From an uncultured bacterium (GTDB taxonomy: Bacteria > Margulisbacteria > WOR-1 > CAVSGV01): DNA of 32,000 nucleotides. Positions 1 to 7,862 of this stretch are shown here, piece by piece; position 1 is the stretch's first letter; every line of letters starts with the position of its first letter. Location of the stretch: positions 1,320,001 to 1,352,000 of the forward strand of contig OY969425.1 of the NCBI GenBank assembly GCA_963699255.1, in the 5' to 3' direction. A program made the position numbers and the translations under genes. A model generated the notes under the pieces. That model did not search any database. It was not told the origin of the DNA and saw nothing but the letters and a program-made list of their open reading frames with translations.

Positions 1-843
1 CCTGACGGAAAGGGCCCTCCATACGAACATCATGAACATAGCGACCGCGAACGCGGAGAACAGGACCAGTGAAGTTTCAACCGCTCCTGCTCCAAGCACA
101 TATTTCGCATAAAAAGGGATGATCGCAAGGACCATCGTAAAAGCATACTGGACGAGAAGGTTCGAGAAAACAAAAGTGACGAACGGGATATTCCTGAAAG
201 TCGCGGAAAGGGCTGCTGACAATGGGAGCGGATTTGCGGTCATGTACTTTCTTGTTTCCCTGCTCCCTATCAGGGAAATGAAGCAGGTGAGCGTGATCAC
301 GGCCCCAAAGATCGCACCCATTTTTGCCCATCCGATGGTGCTGTAGATCAAAGGCGGAAGTGCGATGCCTATGACCAGACCGATCATTCCCAGTGTCTGC
401 CTGTATGAATTGACCTGCGCCCGCTCAGCCAGGCTCGGATACATTTCGGGATAAAGGGACGCCCAGTTAAGCACTACCACGGAATACAGGCCGTCGAATA
501 AACAGATAACGATAAGGAAGTAAAAGAACAGGGCCATCATGCTGGAAGATCTAAACGGAGAGAACCATAACAGAAAATAAGCCGCGCCAAAAGGTATCGC
601 TCCGAAAAATATGTAAGGGATGCGCCTGCCCCACCTTGTCCGCGTTGAATCCGAAATAAATCCGGCGATCGGGTCGTTCAGGGCGTTCCAGATGCCGTAT
701 ATAAGCATGGCTGTGGCCGCGAGGCGCGCTTCAAGCCTTAGCACATCAACATAAAAGAACACGATGTAAGTGGAAAATGCCTGATAAGAAAGAGCGGTGG
801 CGACCGCCCCGAAGCTGTAGCAGATCTTTTTTAGCTTGTTCAC
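1..843 (-). CDS. MFS transporter, glycoside-pentoside-hexuronide:cation symporter-like (C-terminus runs off window)
   Basis: Not in the ORF track. Manual minus-strand translation from the GTG at 841-843 gives VNKLKKICYSFGAVATALSYQAFSTYIVFFYVDVLRLEARLAATAMLIYGIWNALNDPIAGFISDSTRTRWGRRIPYIFFGAIPFG..., with the GPH-family signature NDPxxGxxSDxTRTRWGRRxPYI. Confidence 0.88.
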   Translation of the reverse strand, partial: MNKLKKICYSFGAVATALSYQAFSTYIVFFYVDVLRLEARLAATAMLIYGIWNALNDPIAGFISDSTRTRWGRRIPYIFFGAIPFGAAYFLLWFSPFRSSSMMALFFYFLIVICLFDGLYSVVVLNWASLYPEMYPSLAERAQVNSYRQTLGMIGLVIGIALPPLIYSTIGWAKMGAIFGAVITLTCFISLIGSRETRKYMTANPLPLSAALSATFRNIPFVTFVFSNLLVQYAFTMVLAIIPFYAKYVLGAGAVETSLVLFSAFAVAMFMMFVWRALSVR

Positions 844-2603
844 TTGATCACGAATCTCTTGCGTTCTTCGAATTCCCTGCGTTTTCCGGGGTTCCAGTTC
901 GATGTCCTTGTGAAGTATCCAACGATCCTGTTTATGTAGTCAATGATCCTGCCGTTGCACTCTGGACATTTTTTGTGTTTCCCCCAGGAGGTGTGATCGT
1001 TCTCGCAGACGCTGAAATCAGGGGAGAAAGCGAAATAAGCGAGCTTTGTCGCCGCCATTTTCTTGATGAGGGCCTTCATTGAATAGTGGTCAGGCTTGTT
1101 CTCCCCTATCCATATATGGCTTATTACCCCGCCGTTAAAATAGGGATGATACTGCGCTTCTATCATTATCTTGTCGGGAAGCGTCACGTTGGAGTTATAC
1201 GGAACATGAGTGGAGTTAGAGTAATATAGTTCAGCCCCGCCGCCCTGAACGCGGGCTCTTTTCCCAAATTTCCGCCTGTCATTCATAGCAAGCTTGTGCG
1301 TTGCCGATTCTGCAGGCGTCTGCTCAAGGGTATAAACGACATTGTCTTTTTTCGAGTATTCGGCTATTTTCCCGGACATCCTGGATATTATCTCAAGGCC
1401 TAGCTTTTGTCCCGCATCCGACGATATGCCCTCGCCTATAAGGTTGAGAAGGCATTCGTTCATGCCGATCACACCGAATGTCAGCCTTCTTTCTTTAAAG
1501 TTGTAATAAGGAACGCCGTCCCTTGTCTTCATTTTCAGGAAAGGCAGTATCTTCCATTTGTTCAGGCTCATCCTTAGGATTTCATTGCTTTCTCTCAAGG
1601 CCTGCCGGGTTATAAGCATCGCGCTTTCAAGTTTCCTGAAGAAATCCGTCCTGCCTCGTGATATCAGCGCCAGGTGGGGAAGGTTGATCGTCACGACCTT
1701 GTTCGATCCTGTTCCCAGTCCCCCGGCCATCCACACCCCGCCCGAATGTTCCACAAGAAGCCTGCAGCACATCGCATGCACGTATTTTTCATCAAGGTAA
1801 TCGGTGGTCAGGTTGAAGAAATATGGTGACCCGGTCTTGATCGCCGTCGCAACGGTAGAGTCAAAAAGCGGGTCGTCCCAGTCAAGGTCTTTTGTTATCG
1901 CCGTCGTGATTATCGGGAACGTGAAAGGGGCGCCGCTTCCGTCGCCTTCGCCCATGACCTCCATGAAAGCTTTGTATATCGTCCTTGCTTCCTCCCTGAA
2001 TTCCTTGTATGTTGCTTTTAGCCGTTCCCCCGCGTAAATGACGCGTTCGTTCTGAAGGTACGACGGACAGTTGATCCGAAGTCCTATGTTCGTGAACGCG
2101 GATTGCGCGCCTGTCCTGTTCGACTGGTTCAGCTGGAAAACGAATCCCTGGATGCTCTGCTTCACCTCTTTATAGCTGATCTTGTCGAACCTCAGGTACG
2201 GCGCCATGAACCAGTTGAAATAATCCATCGCTTGAGCGCCGGAAAAGAAAAGCTGGGAGTAGAACATGAAAGCCATTGTCTGAAAAATCGCGGAAGAGAA
2301 GTGCTTTGCCGGAGCGCTGTTGCAGTGCGGGAACCTGAGGCCGTCAAGCAGCACCACCCTTGTGTCGATCCCGTTGCAGTAAGGCTTAAAAGCTCCGTGA
2401 AGCGTGTGAATATATATCAGGCAGTCCCTGTGTGCTTTCACGATCTTTTTGCTGTATAGGTTGTCCAGAGCATACGCTTCGATCGCTCTTGAAGCGATGT
2501 GCAGGTCAATGAGCGAAGGGCTCATCTGCGTGTTGCTGTTGTCGCGAAGCATCCACGTTCTGCGGTTTAATACGTCGTCTATTAACTTATCTGTGTCGCT
2601 CAT
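840..2603 (-). CDS. nrdD: Anaerobic (class III) ribonucleoside-triphosphate reductase, short form without ATP-cone
   Basis: 587 aa. N-terminal RDNSN...LIDLHI..., a C-terminal Cys cluster (CENDHTSWGKHKKCPECNG) and a terminal glycyl-radical-type motif RIVGYFTRTSNWNPGKRREFEERKRF. Confidence 0.92.
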   Translation of the reverse strand: MSDTDKLIDDVLNRRTWMLRDNSNTQMSPSLIDLHIASRAIEAYALDNLYSKKIVKAHRDCLIYIHTLHGAFKPYCNGIDTRVVLLDGLRFPHCNSAPAKHFSSAIFQTMAFMFYSQLFFSGAQAMDYFNWFMAPYLRFDKISYKEVKQSIQGFVFQLNQSNRTGAQSAFTNIGLRINCPSYLQNERVIYAGERLKATYKEFREEARTIYKAFMEVMGEGDGSGAPFTFPIITTAITKDLDWDDPLFDSTVATAIKTGSPYFFNLTTDYLDEKYVHAMCCRLLVEHSGGVWMAGGLGTGSNKVVTINLPHLALISRGRTDFFRKLESAMLITRQALRESNEILRMSLNKWKILPFLKMKTRDGVPYYNFKERRLTFGVIGMNECLLNLIGEGISSDAGQKLGLEIISRMSGKIAEYSKKDNVVYTLEQTPAESATHKLAMNDRRKFGKRARVQGGGAELYYSNSTHVPYNSNVTLPDKIMIEAQYHPYFNGGVISHIWIGENKPDHYSMKALIKKMAATKLAYFAFSPDFSVCENDHTSWGKHKKCPECNGRIIDYINRIVGYFTRTSNWNPGKRREFEERKRFVIK

Positions 2604-2614
2604 AATTATACTAA

Positions 2615-2706
2615 CCTCACCCCACGGTTTATTGGTATCATAATTCTATTTTAGTTTTAGCTCTGCTCCCCTCTCCTTTTTAATAGGAGAGGGGTCGTGG
2701 GTGAGG
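2615..2706. repeat. MITE/REP-like element copy 1: terminal inverted repeat CCTCACCC...GGGTGAGG with internal CCCCTCTCC/GGAGAGGGG hairpin
   Basis: CCTCACCCC at 2615-2623, CCCCTCTCC at 2668-2676, GGAGAGGGG at 2686-2694, GGGTGAGG ending at 2706. Same layout as the copy at 7731..7824. Confidence 0.7.
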
Positions 2707-3806
2707 TACCCTTCGATCAAGACATCCGCGCCAAACATCCTGACGTTCGCGCTCCTCAGATTTATGGCCTGGGAAAGTTTTTTGAAGCCAACTCCGGCAA
2801 CCGGGGATGGCGCCGTTTTTCCACCGATTATTTTCGGCGCTATGAAGAACATGACCTTATCAACTATGCCTTCTTTTAATGCCGACGCCGCAAGAGTTCC
2901 GCCTGCCTCGATCATTATGCTCGTTATCTTGTCCTCTCCGAGTTCCACCATCAGCTTTTTCAGATCGATCCTGCCGCCGATGGTTTTTGCCTTAAGGACA
3001 ACCGCTCCGGTTCTCCTAATCTTATCGAGTTTGCTTTTTGGCGCCTTTTCTCCCACAACGACTATCGTTTTTTCAGGTTCGTTCTTAAGCACTCTGGAAC
3101 CAAGAGGGATCTCGGCATTTGTGTCCAGGATTATCTTTTTCGGGTTCCTCTTTGTAATTTTTTCGTCTCCCACGTCCCTCACTGTAAGTTTCGGGTCGTC
3201 GATCTTAACAGCGCTTACTCCCATCATTACGGCATCAACATATACCCTTAACATGTGGACGTGCTGCCTTGCGGGCAGGCCGGTAATGTATTTGCTTTCT
3301 TTCGTCACTGTAGCGATCTTTCCGTCAAGGCTCATGGCGCTCTTTAGTATGACGAACGGGAGGTTGGTGGTGATGTATTTGATGAAAGGTTCGTTCAGCT
3401 CCCTGGCTTCCTTTTCAAGAACGCCGACTTTTACCTCAATTCCCGCGTCCCTGAGCAGGGCAAATCCCTTACCATTGACAAGGGGATTGGGATCCTGCAT
3501 TGCCGCAACGACCCTTTTTATTCCCGCTTTTATTATAGCATCGGTGCACGGCGGGTTGTAGCCATAGTGGCAGCACGGCTCAAGGTTAAGATAAAGGGTG
3601 GCTCCTTTTGCTTTGCCGCCGGCTTTTTGAATGGCAAAAACCTCAGCGTGAGGTGTGGATTGTTCAGCATGGTAGCCCCTGCTGATGACCTGGCCGTTTT
3701 TTACCAGAAGCGCGCCTACCATCGGATCCGGGCTGGTATGTCCCATCTGCGACCTTGCCAGGGCAAGCGCTTCCATCATGAATTTTTTGTCTGTGTCTGC
3801 GCTCAT
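2646..3806 (-). CDS. ribD: Bifunctional diaminohydroxyphosphoribosylaminopyrimidine deaminase / 5-amino-6-(5-phosphoribosylamino)uracil reductase
   Basis: 386 aa. Deaminase motif HAEVFAI...PCCHYGYNPPCTDAII, followed by a RibD reductase domain (LKSAMSLDGKIAT...). Confidence 0.96.
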   Translation of the reverse strand: MSADTDKKFMMEALALARSQMGHTSPDPMVGALLVKNGQVISRGYHAEQSTPHAEVFAIQKAGGKAKGATLYLNLEPCCHYGYNPPCTDAIIKAGIKRVVAAMQDPNPLVNGKGFALLRDAGIEVKVGVLEKEARELNEPFIKYITTNLPFVILKSAMSLDGKIATVTKESKYITGLPARQHVHMLRVYVDAVMMGVSAVKIDDPKLTVRDVGDEKITKRNPKKIILDTNAEIPLGSRVLKNEPEKTIVVVGEKAPKSKLDKIRRTGAVVLKAKTIGGRIDLKKLMVELGEDKITSIMIEAGGTLAASALKEGIVDKVMFFIAPKIIGGKTAPSPVAGVGFKKLSQAINLRSANVRMFGADVLIEGYLTHDPSPIKKERGAELKLK

Positions 3807-3830
3807 ATCAGCCGGCTTTCCTTAACGAAG

Positions 3831-4484
3831 CTATCGGGATCTCTTCAGGCCGTCTATAACGGCTTTGTAATCTTTCGCCTTATAAATGGCGGACCCAGCC
3901 ACAAGGACGTTGGCTCCCGCTCTGATGACTTCCGGCGCCGTTTCAGGATTTATGCCTCCGTCAACTTCGATGTCCACGGCCAGTCCCCGGCTATCGAGGA
4001 TGCTCTTTAGTTCCTTTATCTTCGGGAGGACCTCCGGAATGAATTTTTGCCCTTCAAATCCCGGGTTCACCGTCATCAAGAGGACCATTGATATTTTATC
4101 CAATACCTTTTCAATCGTCTTGATCCCTGTCTTCGGGTTTATAGCTACCGCAGGCTTTGCCCCGCAGCGTTTTATCAGGTCAAGGTCTTTCTCAAGGTTC
4201 TTTGAGGCTTCCGCATGTATCGATATTATGTTCGCCCCCGCCTTTGCGAAAGCTTCTATGTATTTGTCGGGGTTCTCTATCATCAGATGAACATCAAGGG
4301 GAAGCTTTGTGATCTTTGAAATAGAATGAACCACAAGAGGCCCGATCGTTATGTTCGGAACGAAATGCCCGTCCATAACGTCCACGTGAATCATGTCGGC
4401 TCCTGCTTTTTCCACAGCCTGGACTTCTTCGCCAAGCCTGCTGAAATCAGCGGATAAAATTGAAGGGGCCACTTTTATTGGCAT
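3831..4484 (-). CDS. rpe: Ribulose-phosphate 3-epimerase
   Basis: MPIKVAPSILSADFSRLGEEV...DVMDGHFVPNITIGP...TVNPGFEGQKF...EVDGGI. The track ORF begins at 4538, but the internal ATG at 4484 gives the canonical start. Confidence 0.96.
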   Translation of the reverse strand: MPIKVAPSILSADFSRLGEEVQAVEKAGADMIHVDVMDGHFVPNITIGPLVVHSISKITKLPLDVHLMIENPDKYIEAFAKAGANIISIHAEASKNLEKDLDLIKRCGAKPAVAINPKTGIKTIEKVLDKISMVLLMTVNPGFEGQKFIPEVLPKIKELKSILDSRGLAVDIEVDGGINPETAPEVIRAGANVLVAGSAIYKAKDYKAVIDGLKRSR

Positions 4485-4485
4485 T

Positions 4486-5313
4486 TTAATAGCTTTCCGC
4501 GGTCGGGGCTGTCTTAGCCGGCTCTTTGCTGATGACAAGCTTTACGGATGAGCCCACGGCTACTTCTTCCTCCCATGCCGGCTCCTGCCTCATAACGATG
4601 CCTTCGGAAACTATGTCCGTTTCCTGATATTCGATCTTATTAATGCCAAGCTTCAGGTCAGAAAGCGCATCTTCCGCATCCTTGAGCTTTTGCCCTATGA
4701 GGTAAGGCATCTTTACCACTCCGAATTTCGGGTTCCTTGCGATGAAAATATCTATCCTGCTGCCCGCGTCCGATTCAACTTCGGGAGAAGGCAGCTGGCT
4801 GATGATAATTCCTGTCTGGAACTGCTCGGTTTCAACCTCCAGAGTGGCGCCGATCCTGAAACCGGCATCAGAGAGAAGCGTGTCCACCTGGGAGAAAGGC
4901 CTTCCTATCAGGTTCGGAACGGGCACTTTTCTCTGTCCGGTAGAAACCGTCAGGTTCACTATTCTTCCGTATTTTACGTGCTTTCCACGCTTTGGCTGTT
5001 GTTCAATGATCCTTCCCGCAGGAATGTCCTTGTCAAAGGTCCCGTTGCTAATCCTCGGCTTAAGGCCGGACTCCTTCAGCAGCGAAAAAGCCTCCGTTGA
5101 TGAGTGCCATGTAACATCCGGCACAACAACTTCGGGAGCAGGGAAGATATAAAAGACCGTCAGATACCCGACAAGCAGCGGTGATATGATAACGAGAAAG
5201 ATCATCGTGATCACCGCTCTTGGCGATGAAAGCTTGAGGATATACACGAGATACCCCGATATCAACAGAACGAGCAGTATGAAACTAAAATAAAGTATCA
5301 GTAACTTGATCAT
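4486..5313 (-). CDS. Membrane-anchored PASTA-domain protein (two N-terminal TM segments, about three PASTA repeats)
   Basis: Hydrophobic N-terminus (LLILYFSFILLVLLISGYLVY; VITMIFLVIISPLLVGYLTVFYIF), then repeats PEVVVPDVTWHSSTEAFSLLKESGLK..., VPVPNLIGRPFSQVDTLLSDAGFRIG... and VKMPYLIGQKLKDAEDALSDLKLGIN.... Confidence 0.88.
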   Translation of the reverse strand: MIKLLILYFSFILLVLLISGYLVYILKLSSPRAVITMIFLVIISPLLVGYLTVFYIFPAPEVVVPDVTWHSSTEAFSLLKESGLKPRISNGTFDKDIPAGRIIEQQPKRGKHVKYGRIVNLTVSTGQRKVPVPNLIGRPFSQVDTLLSDAGFRIGATLEVETEQFQTGIIISQLPSPEVESDAGSRIDIFIARNPKFGVVKMPYLIGQKLKDAEDALSDLKLGINKIEYQETDIVSEGIVMRQEPAWEEEVAVGSSVKLVISKEPAKTAPTAESY

Positions 5314-5318
5314 GAATA

Positions 5319-6350
5319 TTACCTCGCGCCTGCACTTATAAAATTCAAAATAAAAGCATACCAGAGACCCGCCGCAATCGCAATAAGAAGTAGCAGTACC
5401 ATTAGTGCCACTCTGTTTATCTTCCGTTTTCGGCCCTTTTTTGCAGGTGTCTTCTTCTTGGGCTCCTCGATGTCTTCCTTATATTCTATAGGCTCCACGT
5501 CTTCCCCGTATATCAGGTTCACGAATTCCCGGTTCGGCGGATTAAATATCAGCCTCTGCTTGTTCAGGCTTTCTATCACATCTTCCGCTTTGCTTATCCT
5601 CTGCAGCGGGTCCTTTTCGAGCATTTTCATGATTATTTTGTCGATATAATCCGGGATCTTGCCGTTCAGGTGCGAAGGCGGGACGGTTTCATCGGATAGG
5701 TGTTTTAGCGCGGTATCAAGTCCGCTTTTGCCGTCAAGCGGAAGCCGCCCCGTCACAAGCAGGTAAAAAATTATTCCGGCTGAATATATGTCCGAGGCAG
5801 GCGTGATCTGCTCCCCGATTATTTGTTCTGGCGACATGAAGCTGGAATTCAATGTGGCGGCCGCGGCGAGAAGGGTCGGGCTTATCCTGACCGCCGGCTC
5901 AAGGATGAAATCGGTCACCTTCACTTCTCTCCCGACAAGGAATATGTTGCGCGCGCTTATCGCGCCATGGATAAGGTTCTCCGCGTGTGCAACGGCAAGG
6001 GCGGAAAGCAACTGCTTTATCACTTCGACCGCAAATTCCAGGTCAGGCAGTCCCTTTGCCATGAACGACTCCAGATCCTCTCCGTCAATATATTCCCTGA
6101 CAAAATAAAAACCCTGCCATCCATAATCGCCGTCTATGACCCGCGCGATGTTCGGGTGATCAAGGCTTATGATCTTTGTGACCTTCGGGCGGAGTTTGTT
6201 GATCAGGGGGCTGTTCAGCGCGGAGCGTTTGTATATTTTTATGACGACGGGCACTTCCGTGCCCATAAGATAGCCTTTATACGTGAAAGAAAAGGGGTTC
6301 TCTCCTATCCTGTCCCCGATCCTGTATCTGCTTTTTAGGAATCTTTCCAT
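5319..6350 (-). CDS. PknB-like protein kinase-fold protein with degenerate catalytic motifs (candidate pseudokinase), C-terminal TM helix
   Basis: Kinase landmarks VVIKIYK, LIHGAISARNIFL (HRD->HGA), TDFI (DFG->DFI), SPEQ, SDIYSAGIIFYLLVTGRLP; C-terminal RVALMVLLLLIAIAAGLWYAFIL. Confidence 0.88.
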   Translation of the reverse strand: MERFLKSRYRIGDRIGENPFSFTYKGYLMGTEVPVVIKIYKRSALNSPLINKLRPKVTKIISLDHPNIARVIDGDYGWQGFYFVREYIDGEDLESFMAKGLPDLEFAVEVIKQLLSALAVAHAENLIHGAISARNIFLVGREVKVTDFILEPAVRISPTLLAAAATLNSSFMSPEQIIGEQITPASDIYSAGIIFYLLVTGRLPLDGKSGLDTALKHLSDETVPPSHLNGKIPDYIDKIIMKMLEKDPLQRISKAEDVIESLNKQRLIFNPPNREFVNLIYGEDVEPIEYKEDIEEPKKKTPAKKGRKRKINRVALMVLLLLIAIAAGLWYAFILNFISAGAR

Positions 6351-6382
6351 TTTTTCCGCCTCTGCTCTCGCATCGTCCCGAT

Positions 6383-6610
6383 CTATGGGGATTCCGGCGG
6401 ACGATCCCCCCTAAAAACCTCTTCCATCCATTTAAGGGCGCCTTCGGCCATTGAAATGCCGTGCGAGATTTTTGATACGCGAGCATTTTTTCCAAGGGCC
6501 GTGATGAAAGCCGCCCTCCCAAGCCTTGTCTTTATCTCCTTCAGCCGTTCACGTTCCACGTCTTCCGGAAGTATAGGCCCTCCCGGGCCGACCCCTTTTA
6601 TTTCGATCAT
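6383..6610 (-). CDS. Hypothetical protein (75 aa)
   Basis: ORF co-directional with its neighbours; its start overlaps the stop of the upstream ORF by 4 nt. Confidence 0.6.
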   Translation of the reverse strand: MIEIKGVGPGGPILPEDVERERLKEIKTRLGRAAFITALGKNARVSKISHGISMAEGALKWMEEVFRGDRPPESP

Positions 6611-6951
6611 GACTTCGCTTCCTCCGATTCTATCGTTACCAGATCGTCAACATCCGCGTGTTCAAAGAAATAATTCACCATTTTCTTGACCTTGTCCAGT
6701 TCATCGGGGCCTCCGAGTTTCTTGTCTACGACCACGGAGCGCTTTTGCGCATTGTACTCGTACACAATGAACGGCGTCTGGGGGGCTTCCTGATAAACTA
6801 TGACCCAGCGCTCGCCGTCCATGCCGATCGCGACTTTGGATCCGTCAGGAAGGCTGAGTTTTTCGTTCTTAAAAGCTATTGTCCCCGCGAATTCCTTATC
6901 CACGCTCGCTACCTGGGACAGGCTTTGCTTAATTGTAGGCATGCGCACCAC
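6607..6951 (-). CDS. Hypothetical protein (114 aa)
   Basis: First ORF of the minus-strand run, ATGA-type overlap with the next ORF, compositionally protein-like. Confidence 0.65.
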   Translation of the reverse strand: MVRMPTIKQSLSQVASVDKEFAGTIAFKNEKLSLPDGSKVAIGMDGERWVIVYQEAPQTPFIVYEYNAQKRSVVVDKKLGGPDELDKVKKMVNYFFEHADVDDLVTIESEEAKS

Positions 6952-7046
6952 CTGCTATGCGTAAAATGATAACTGAAATTATTCTAAAAATCCATCGATA
7001 TATATGTAACAGAGGGCAGCAGAAGCCCAAAGTAAGGGGAAACGAA

Positions 7047-7427
7047 ATGGCGATTATTCATAGTGGTCATAATGTAAGGTATAAATATGAGGTCCAGATC
7101 AAACCGTGTGTCGAAAGAATGAAGATCACGAACCGATATAATTTGAGTAGAAAGCTATTTAATGAGCTGAAAGATATGGGTATTGTTCAAAGGAATTTTG
7201 GCGCGTTCAATGTTTTCTCGAGATATTCTCTTAACATTAAAAACCTTCAAATGGCCGCTGATAGTGCGGCATGTCTCTCGGCAATAATCGAGATGGGGAA
7301 AATCAGGGTCCCCAGCAACCTTAGTTATAAGAATAACGTCGAAGCGATCGTCGGAAGCCTGTGCAAAGAAAGCCGTACTATAAATACGAAATATGACCGC
7401 GATGTTGATCTGCTCGAGATGAATTAA
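7047..7427 (+). CDS. Hypothetical protein (126 aa)
   Basis: AAGGGGA ribosome-binding-like sequence upstream of the ATG at 7047 (MAIIHSGHNVRYKYEVQ...). The track ORF starts further upstream at 6957. Confidence 0.55.
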   Translation: MAIIHSGHNVRYKYEVQIKPCVERMKITNRYNLSRKLFNELKDMGIVQRNFGAFNVFSRYSLNIKNLQMAADSAACLSAIIEMGKIRVPSNLSYKNNVEAIVGSLCKESRTINTKYDRDVDLLEMN

Positions 7428-7482
7428 GTATTTTGTTTGAAATTTATTGATAAATCCGTCGATATATATATAGCAAGGGAGA

Positions 7483-7710
7483 ATGACTTATATGTTGAAC
7501 ATGGACCAGAATAAGATCGCGGAAGTCATAAACCAGTGCATCGTGAACAGGTACATGGAGAATATCACGCTGGTCAAATACCGCCTTGTAAAGCTCTTTA
7601 CGGTCATGCCCTATACCGGAGCCCCGAACATAAGCGACGCGCAGACGATAGCGATCTTTGAGGATCTCGAGAAGTTCATTTCGGGAAATTACCAGTCGCC
7701 CAATAATTAG
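7483..7710 (+). CDS. Hypothetical protein (75 aa)
   Basis: AAGGGAG immediately upstream of the ATG; MTYMLNMDQNKIAEVINQCIVNRYMENIT.... Confidence 0.5.
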   Translation: MTYMLNMDQNKIAEVINQCIVNRYMENITLVKYRLVKLFTVMPYTGAPNISDAQTIAIFEDLEKFISGNYQSPNN

Positions 7711-7730
7711 TCCCGGTCCGGCCTTTCCCT

Positions 7731-7824
7731 CCTCACCCCCGGTTTGATTACTGTCATTATCTAATAATTCTAGTTGCGTAACGCCCCTCTCCATTTCATG
7801 GAGAGGGGAATTAAAGGGGTGAGG
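7731..7824. repeat. MITE/REP-like element copy 2 with CCTCACCCC/GGGGTGAGG ends and internal hairpin
   Basis: CCTCACCCC at 7731-7739, CCCCTCTCC at 7784-7792, GGAGAGGGG at 7800-7808, GGGGTGAGG at 7816-7824. Confidence 0.7.
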
Positions 7825-7862
7825 GTTGACGATTAAGGGCATATTTATTATACTTGACCCAG

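Noticed and set aside
1-843. Absence of a large ORF in the track at the left edge, suggesting an empty region
   Set aside because: Manual translation shows a good transporter frame that runs off the window; the track only lists enclosed ORFs.
777-1082. Plus-strand ORF over the nrdD/transporter junction
   Set aside because: Antisense to well-supported nrdD and the transporter start.
5823-6338. 171-aa plus-strand ORF
   Set aside because: Fully antisense to the kinase-like gene, low-complexity Arg/Gly-type translation, no family features; typical shadow ORF.
7784-7808. Simple Rho-independent terminator
   Set aside because: Strong stem but followed by AATTAAA rather than a U-tract, and it is embedded in a larger repeated TIR element, so that label alone is insufficient.
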